Origin: a virus
Taxonomy: Duplodnaviria > Caudoviricetes
DNA: 64,000 bases
Direction: 5' to 3' (one strand)
Virus record (IMG/VR): IMGVR_UViG_3300025372_000010
Location: 48,863-112,862 of that record
Shown here: one piece after another, positions 58,517 to 64,000 of the stretch
Position numbering within the stretch: position 1 is the stretch's first letter
Layout of the letters: each line of letters starts with the position of its first letter
The notes under the pieces: model-generated
The model's input: only the letters and a program-made list of their open reading frames with translations
Database searches by the model: none
Told to the model about the DNA's origin: nothing
Made by a program: the position numbers and the translations under genes

Positions 58517-58633
58517 GGCTATGTTATTAATACTCCGATCCAGTTGTGCATACAGTTCTGCAGAAACTTCTATGAGGCGGTATATCTTTAAAAAGGAGCT
58601 CCAATTCCTTTAGAGTGTTTAATAACATCAGCC
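58517..58633 (-). ncRNA. Stem-closed structured RNA (family copy A)
   Basis: GGCU-G-AUGUUAUUAA / UUAAUAACAU-AGCC closing stem; starts 7 nt downstream of a promoter-like element. Confidence 0.6.
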
Positions 58634-58639
58634 GTACTA

Positions 58640-58670
58640 CTAAGTTACAACTTTTTAGTACTTTTACAAA
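58640..58670 (-). promoter_or_regulatory. Promoter for the ncRNA cluster
   Basis: TTTG-N19-TAACTTAG, one mismatch from consensus. Confidence 0.55.
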
Positions 58671-58965
58671 GAAATTACTATATATCTTTTCATACACCAC
58701 TACCGGTCATGCCGAGGTTGTTACAATCTTCTCATCAATATAGTAAATAATAAGGTCGTTGATTACTTTTACGGTTCAGACCTGGAAAGTTTTACCGACT
58801 GTTTATTCTGCTTCTACTACTCGGTTAATATAAGTAGCTTCCAGACGTAGAATTTCACCAACTACTCCCAAGTATCCGGTTTTATCACGGCTCCCTACGA
58901 TCTCAGATCAAGGGGACATCTCACGTAGCCGGTTTTATTGCTACTGACTTCAACTTGGTAATATT

Positions 58966-59700
58966 TTAGTGGAAGTATACTTTTTTAGTTTCCTTCCAGT
59001 TATAGATATCTTGTAATGTATCCAAGTAATCTTCAGTTTTACTAAAATCATGAATCTCTTTACAACGCTTAGGCATCTTACGTAATAATCTTTCTAAGCT
59101 AAAGTCTTTGTTATTCATCATAACAATAATAGCTGAAGCAAAACCACGTTTGTTAAACCCAGCATAATAAACTGATAACTGCTTAATGGTCTCAGCATAA
59201 TTCTTAGCTTTAGTATAGCTCTTAATCTTGAACTTACCAGCTTTAAATGCTGCTTCTAAACCAGAACCAGACGCTGCACCGTTGTTTAACATCATCATAA
59301 TGATACCATGAGAAAATGCTGGATATAAATCAGCAAAAGATAAATACAAACGATAGTCGTTACCTTCTGGAATACTAGCAAAACTAGATGCATAGTCTCT
59401 ATTGTTCCAAGACTTTGTTGTTGACTGTAACTGAGCAATCTCTAATGTACTCATCTCATTATCATCAATAATATAATCTACAGGGATCTGTAAATTAACA
59501 CAAGCTTTTAATCTATGTTGACCATCAGTAACTACATAGTTACTATCAACTTTGATTGGAAGCTTTTGACCCATATGCTGGATGCTTTCCATTAAGTTAA
59601 TAACATTGGAGTCATTGATAGGTCTGTTGTCTAGTCTAAAACTAAACTTAGTATAATCTTTAGTTTGGTAGATCTTACCTACCACTTTATCTTGTTTCAT
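58966..59700 (-). CDS. ParB/Srx N-terminal domain protein
   Basis: NRPI...L.ESI...G...PIKVD....VTDGQHRLKA. Confidence 0.8.
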   Translation of the reverse strand: MKQDKVVGKIYQTKDYTKFSFRLDNRPINDSNVINLMESIQHMGQKLPIKVDSNYVVTDGQHRLKACVNLQIPVDYIIDDNEMSTLEIAQLQSTTKSWNNRDYASSFASIPEGNDYRLYLSFADLYPAFSHGIIMMMLNNGAASGSGLEAAFKAGKFKIKSYTKAKNYAETIKQLSVYYAGFNKRGFASAIIVMMNNKDFSLERLLRKMPKRCKEIHDFSKTEDYLDTLQDIYNWKETKKVYFH

Positions 59701-60081
59701 GTGAAACTTTTTAGATGTGAATAATTTAAAAAAGGTCTATCTCAGGGTTACATAGTTCTTATGGATCTAGTACTGTCCTGATCAGGCTACTAGGTATAGT
59801 TATCGTTCGTTTGACGGAGCTCTATCATCATGTCGTACTACTGAATAGAAAATACGGGTTTGCGGATACTGTCCTGACTAATTTAGTTAATACGCTACTT
59901 AGCTCCTAAGATCAGACCTTTCATTTTATGACTATCATAGGTGACTCTGCCGAGGGTCTTATGTGTCCACTACAATCAGTCAATTCGTTAGCTTGGGCTC
60001 AGGACTTATTAGTATAATAGCGTAGTTGTATACCTATTATATGTTGCCTGGCCCGTTGCTATTAAGAAGTTATAATACTCG

Positions 60082-60366
60082 TTATTTAAGTATCACAGTA
60101 ATATATGTTAAGTTCTTACCTCGATATCTTCTCATAATAACACCCTTATTAACAAGACTCTTTAAAAGTCTTTTAATAGATGATTCAGACATATCCATCT
60201 CAGAAGCCAAGCGTTTTTCTCCAACAGTTGTTTCGTTGGTTATACTATCAGAGTAACTAGCTAATAGAGAATATAATCCTTTTTCTGTAGGAGTTATTTG
60301 AGGATCTCTTACTACTAGATTACTAATGATACCAAAGTTGCCTTTTAATCTTGAGTTCTGTTCCAT
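60082..60366 (-). CDS. Winged HTH protein (HTH_36-like)
   Basis: EKGLYSLL.SY...LASEMDMSESSIKRLLKSLVNKGVI; TAGATTTG upstream at 60396-60403. Confidence 0.75.
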   Translation of the reverse strand: MEQNSRLKGNFGIISNLVVRDPQITPTEKGLYSLLASYSDSITNETTVGEKRLASEMDMSESSIKRLLKSLVNKGVIMRRYRGKNLTYITVILK

Positions 60367-60414
60367 GAAAGTGTGTGTTGTGTGTTATGAGACTACAAAT
60401 CTAGTACACTGTTT

Positions 60415-61062
60415 TTACAAATCAGCGTCTTCATCTTTCTTTTTTGATAAAAGATAGTCTAGATATGCATCTACATCTCTTGTAGGATCAGGAGGTGCTA
60501 CTTCTACATCATCTCCACTAAGAAGTTTTCTGTATGTCTTATAGTCTCCATTAGATTTCTTGATGAGCTTAATACGATTAATGATAGCTGTAGGATTAAG
60601 TGTTTCCTCTGCTGAGTTTTCTAACTTATCTTCATTATCATCGTCATCATGTTGTCTACTATCTATTAAATCTTTAATAGCTAACATCTTACGAAGTATT
60701 TCAGCTTTAACACGCTGATCTTCATCCATTTGGCTTCTTCTATCTTTATCATAAGCATCTAAGAAAATCTTAAATGTAGTGACAGCAGCTCTTTGGTATT
60801 CAAAGAAATGTAATAACAAGAAAGAATATTCTTCTTCATTGTTGATATACTTTAATGCTGCTTCTAAGTCCGCTGTTTTAGTAGCAACTTCTTCTGGAGC
60901 TTCTATGTTTTTCTTATCATAATTCTCATACTGATCTATAGCATTTATTATAGTAGTAAATATGATAGCTTCAGCTGCATTATCTGCTGCTGATTTAGAG
61001 ATTCCACAAGCCAAGTTTACATTGTTTATCTTGTGGTTAAATGTTACGTTTTTTAGAAACAT
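60415..61062 (-). CDS. Hypothetical protein
   Basis: 215-aa ORF. Confidence 0.7.
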   Translation of the reverse strand: MFLKNVTFNHKINNVNLACGISKSAADNAAEAIIFTTIINAIDQYENYDKKNIEAPEEVATKTADLEAALKYINNEEEYSFLLLHFFEYQRAAVTTFKIFLDAYDKDRRSQMDEDQRVKAEILRKMLAIKDLIDSRQHDDDDNEDKLENSAEETLNPTAIINRIKLIKKSNGDYKTYRKLLSGDDVEVAPPDPTRDVDAYLDYLLSKKKDEDADL

Positions 61063-61084
61063 ACATCAGTTGTTTAAAGGGTTA

Positions 61085-61483
61085 TTAACTAGATAGTTTG
61101 TCAGCGATAAACTTAACAAACTCTTCAGGAGTTTTAGTATCTCCTGCCATATAATCTTCTATTAAGATCATATCTTTAATGCTATCTACAGATGCAGAGA
61201 CATGTTCTCTGATATAGATGCATGGTTTATCACGACTATAAAGACTAATAGATACATCAGCAATCTTTGTAGAGTTGCCTTCTTGTATACTGTTCTTTAA
61301 TTCAGATCTTTTAGCTTCAAGCTCATGAATCTGATTGTCAATTTTAAGAAGCTCTTTGAAGTCTTTAGACTTCTCAATCTTAGCTTTAATAGCTTCAGAT
61401 GTACCTTTGTTACGAGCTATTAATTCAGCTCTCACCTTCTCTGCTAGGGCTCTAGCAATAGTTGTTGTTAGTTTTTTAGACAT
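61085..61483 (-). CDS. Hypothetical coiled-coil protein
   Basis: 132-aa ORF. Confidence 0.7.
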   Translation of the reverse strand: MSKKLTTTIARALAEKVRAELIARNKGTSEAIKAKIEKSKDFKELLKIDNQIHELEAKRSELKNSIQEGNSTKIADVSISLYSRDKPCIYIREHVSASVDSIKDMILIEDYMAGDTKTPEEFVKFIADKLSS

Positions 61484-61856
61484 TGTCTATTGGTTTTTAT
61501 TATTAAATGAATGAATGTAAAAATAACCAGCTTCATGTACTGGCTGTGAAACAGTTTCCAATCATTATATAGCGTAGTTTATACCTATATAGTGTTAGTG
61601 TTGTATGCATGTTCAGAGCTTTGATATGAAATATATTACTCACTGCGAACATAACCCGTTTACAACAGATTCTTCTGCAATAGCTCATTAGTTGATCAGG
61701 CTTAATGTCTAGATTCGGACAAGAGCGTGCCCATGCTAGTTAACGCTAGCTTCACCGAGTTAAATAAGTTTAAAATAAGGGTTTTAGAGATGCCACCCAT
61801 AAACTGCTAGTTGCGTGAAGTCCAACCGGTCCAAGTCCTGCTCTAGGGGAAGAATA

Positions 61857-61991
61857 TTATCGTCTGTTCAAAACAGAGTTAGACCACTCATTAAAACCTT
61901 CTACAGGTTCTATGCGAGGATAAAGATCCTCATCTTGAAGTGGCTGTCTTTCTTGGATAAATCCAAATAGTTTAAGAATCCATCTTTTCAT
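61857..61991 (-). CDS. Small protein (44 aa; not in ORF track)
   Basis: MKRWILKLFGFIQERQPLQDEDLYPRIEPVEGFNEWSNSVLNRR. Confidence 0.5.
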   Translation of the reverse strand: MKRWILKLFGFIQERQPLQDEDLYPRIEPVEGFNEWSNSVLNRR

Positions 61992-62011
61992 GACTGATAA
62001 CTATTTAAGAG

Positions 62012-62446
62012 TTAGAAAGCATCGACTTGATCAGCTATTTCTAATGCTTGATCGTATGTTTGAGCCCACACTTTATAACCGTTAATAATCCAGAGTTTTT
62101 TATCTCCATCTACCTGTTGTGGTGATGGATCTTTACCCCACTCTGTTTCAGGGTTAAGAACACATACAGGAATCTCTACGAATCCTGAAGTTACGTACTT
62201 TCCAGTTTCAAATACAATGTTGTTCTTCACAAGGAAGTTTAGCATACCGATGTTTTCTGAATAGTCTTTGATTAAGACTTCGTTGTCTAATAGTAAAACA
62301 TCAGGTAGGTTAGTAGACGCTGTAGCATATGGAATGCCATCTTCTGTGTCTATTAGTGTAATTGATGGTCTATTATTGGCATATCTACCAATATTTACTT
62401 GGACCATTGAGCTCTCGCCCCATGCGTGGATGATGAACTTGTTCAT
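62012..62446 (-). CDS. DUF4313-like protein
   Basis: PYATASTNLP...IKDYSEN...FL..N.I...TG....SGF...P. Confidence 0.6.
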   Translation of the reverse strand: MNKFIIHAWGESSMVQVNIGRYANNRPSITLIDTEDGIPYATASTNLPDVLLLDNEVLIKDYSENIGMLNFLVKNNIVFETGKYVTSGFVEIPVCVLNPETEWGKDPSPQQVDGDKKLWIINGYKVWAQTYDQALEIADQVDAF

Positions 62447-62579
62447 GTTTGATGATTTTATAATGATGGTGATGAAATATATGCTGATGTACGTTTCTTG
62501 GTACAAAGCAGCCAGAGAACAACACACCGATTAGCATGCCAACCAGTATGATTTTAACGAATAGGTTAAGATCTTTCAT
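62385..62579 (-). CDS. Possible small lipoprotein
   Basis: Hydrophobic N-terminus with FSGC; overlaps the downstream gene. Confidence 0.4.
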   Translation of the reverse strand: MKDLNLFVKIILVGMLIGVLFSGCFVPRNVHQHIFHHHHYKIIKHEQVHHPRMGRELNGPSKYW

Positions 62580-62587
62580 AGTGTATA

Positions 62588-62968
62588 TTAGTTTATTATA
62601 CGAAAATAGATCTTATTTGGATAACTTCCACCAAATACGTATTCTGTAACAGGACAGAGCCACAATCTATGCTCTTTAGGCTTGTGATAGTAATAACCGC
62701 CATAAGGAACGATAGGATGGCCTAATTCTTCTAAATTAGGTATTCCCATGTACATATGAGAGATCATGTCTGTATGGCCTTCAAATGGTCCGTCAGATAT
62801 CTCTAAGGTTATCTTGCCTGTATTGTTAGACAGATAGTCTAAAAAGGTATCAGCTCCACCGACCATCATAAGATTGGCTTGCGTGCCTAATCCTTGGTCT
62901 AGATATTCTGGTAGGTCAATGTACCAGATTCCATCGTCTTCTTTGTAGAAGGAATGTTTTGCTTTCAT
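62588..62968 (-). CDS. Conserved phage protein (DUF6717-like)
   Basis: WYIDLPEY...MVGGADTFLD...LWLCPVT.YVFG..YP..IY. Confidence 0.65.
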   Translation of the reverse strand: MKAKHSFYKEDDGIWYIDLPEYLDQGLGTQANLMMVGGADTFLDYLSNNTGKITLEISDGPFEGHTDMISHMYMGIPNLEELGHPIVPYGGYYYHKPKEHRLWLCPVTEYVFGGSYPNKIYFRIIN

Positions 62969-62989
62969 AATGTTAATGAATTGATTTAA

Positions 62990-63018
62990 AAATGAGCCCC
63001 TCATAGAAATGAAGGGCG
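62990..63018 (-). terminator. Terminator-like hairpin
   Basis: GCCCTTCAT-TTCT-ATGAGGGGC then TCATTTTT. Confidence 0.5.
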
Positions 63019-63168
63019 TGTTAACCTAACAACTGTATGTTGTCTTTTTCTTTTAATGGATTGAAATCCCCTTTTGTTTGGGTGAAGAAAGCTGTTGCAG
63101 GGACTTCCTTCACCCCAGGATTGAGGGCACTCTTCCTGTTTGTTTGTTCACTTGACTGAACAAGATTA

Positions 63169-63266
63169 TAACCATGCTACCAGCAAACGAGCTTAACTTG
63201 CACTTTTAGTGGAGGTTACTCACTATATTGGGCCCTCACCCCAAATTCGTCTGATAGCATCGGTTA
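63169..63266 (-). ncRNA. Stem-closed structured RNA (family copy B)
   Basis: UAACC-G-AUGCUAUCAG / CUGGUAGCAU-GGUUA. Confidence 0.6.
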
Positions 63267-63274
63267 ATGATGTA

Positions 63275-63379
63275 TAACCATGCTGCTGGTAGTGAGCTTT
63301 AAATCTGGTTTCTTAGGGCAGAAGAAGGTGACTCTTTATGTTACTGACCCACTGTAACACTAGCTAGCAGCATCGGTTA
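63275..63379 (-). ncRNA. Stem-closed structured RNA (family copy C)
   Basis: UAACC-G-AUGCUGCU / AGCAGCAU-GGUUA, compensatory changes relative to copy B. Confidence 0.6.
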
Positions 63380-63625
63380 ATAGATTATGCACCCAGCCAT
63401 GTGGAACGTACCGTCCTGGGACTGATAGACCAATGGCCGAGCTGCAATAAGGTATGACTAGAGCCCTGCTGTACCCTACACTCCATTACAGATCAGCTCT
63501 GTCTTATAAAGGTCTCACACAAGAGTTCTATAAAGTCTTAGTGGCGTGGGAATGACTCGTAGTCAATTAGTTTTAGAATGGCACCCGTTGAAGTTATCGC
63601 TGGGTCACCATCCATAATGATGTAA

Positions 63626-63717
63626 GTTTTGGAGGTATTACCCATAGTACTTCCTAACAATAGTAGTATATATATTAACTACTATTGATTAGGGCTCACC
63701 CATAGTACCTCCAAAAC
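63626..63717. repeat. Long nested inverted repeat with internal direct repeat
   Basis: GTTTTGGAGGTA...TACCTCCAAAAC enclosing CCTAA-CAATAGTAGT...ACTACTATTG-A-TTAGG. Confidence 0.75.
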
Positions 63718-63720
63718 ATG

Positions 63721-63975
63721 TTAAAACCTGTTTTTGAACACTTGCGGCTTGGATTTAGTGCTAAGAACACTAAACTCTTCTCTTATATCGTCAAAGCCTG
63801 CGTATAGCAAGAATGTGACAAAGCAATAGAAGGCAATGAAGAACTTAAACCCGTCTGATACGATTTGCTCAGGATAGGAGAAGTGTAACAAAGAGACTAT
63901 CCAGAAGAAAGCGGTTACAATGTAAGGAACCGTCCAGATAGCGAATAGATTGATGAGGTGTTTAATAAGTCTCAT
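63721..63975 (-). CDS. Two-TM membrane protein
   Basis: 84 aa, two hydrophobic helices. Confidence 0.65.
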   Translation of the reverse strand: MRLIKHLINLFAIWTVPYIVTAFFWIVSLLHFSYPEQIVSDGFKFFIAFYCFVTFLLYAGFDDIREEFSVLSTKSKPQVFKNRF

Positions 63976-64000
63976 AGAATAAATAGTTTTTGGTGTGACC

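Noticed and set aside
58860-58945. RNase P RNA (AAAACCGGCU resembles the P4 3' strand)
   Set aside because: No upstream GAGGAAAGUCC partner found.
63387-63447. SRP RNA
   Set aside because: The hairpin lacks the GNRA loop and AGCAG domain IV signature.
61781-63640. CRISPR repeats or mini-array (GTTTTAGAG-like starts)
   Set aside because: Similarity to type II repeats is 9 nt or less, spacing is irregular, and there are no cas genes.

Overview
This AT-rich window is part of a crAss-like (Crassvirales-type) dsDNA phage genome. The host is probably Bacteroidota, judging from recurring TAnnTTTG promoter elements. Layout: (1) 1-17.4 kb, plus strand: three giant virion cargo proteins, the middle one being the virion RNA polymerase (GSDFDVDK catalytic motif, C-terminal HExxH zincin domain). 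(2) 17.4-36.1 kb, minus strand: replication and nucleotide module with PolB, PD-(D/E)XK nuclease, primase, DnaB-like helicase, SSB-like protein, dNMP kinase, SPL-like radical SAM, a DnaA-HTH protein and an AAA ATPase split by a group I intron. (3) 36.3-45.1 kb, plus strand: lysis genes (GH19 endolysin), then an exported-protein cassette (cohesin/dockerin-like, CsgG-like, beta-barrel). (4) 45.1-64 kb, mostly minus strand: MoxR/VWA, UDG, SF2 helicase, small early-type genes and an ncRNA-rich region with a tmRNA, two aberrant tRNA-like RNAs and repeated structured elements. Strongest observations: the only four cysteines in 5,734 aa of cargo proteins lie at the adjoining termini, suggesting a head-to-tail disulfide chain; a three-copy family of ~100-117 nt stem-closed RNAs that may be 6S-like; a free-standing GIY-YIG element that appears to have replaced the 5' end of the helicase it invaded; and the exported-protein cassette. 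All family assignments come from motif recognition by eye; no database searches were run.
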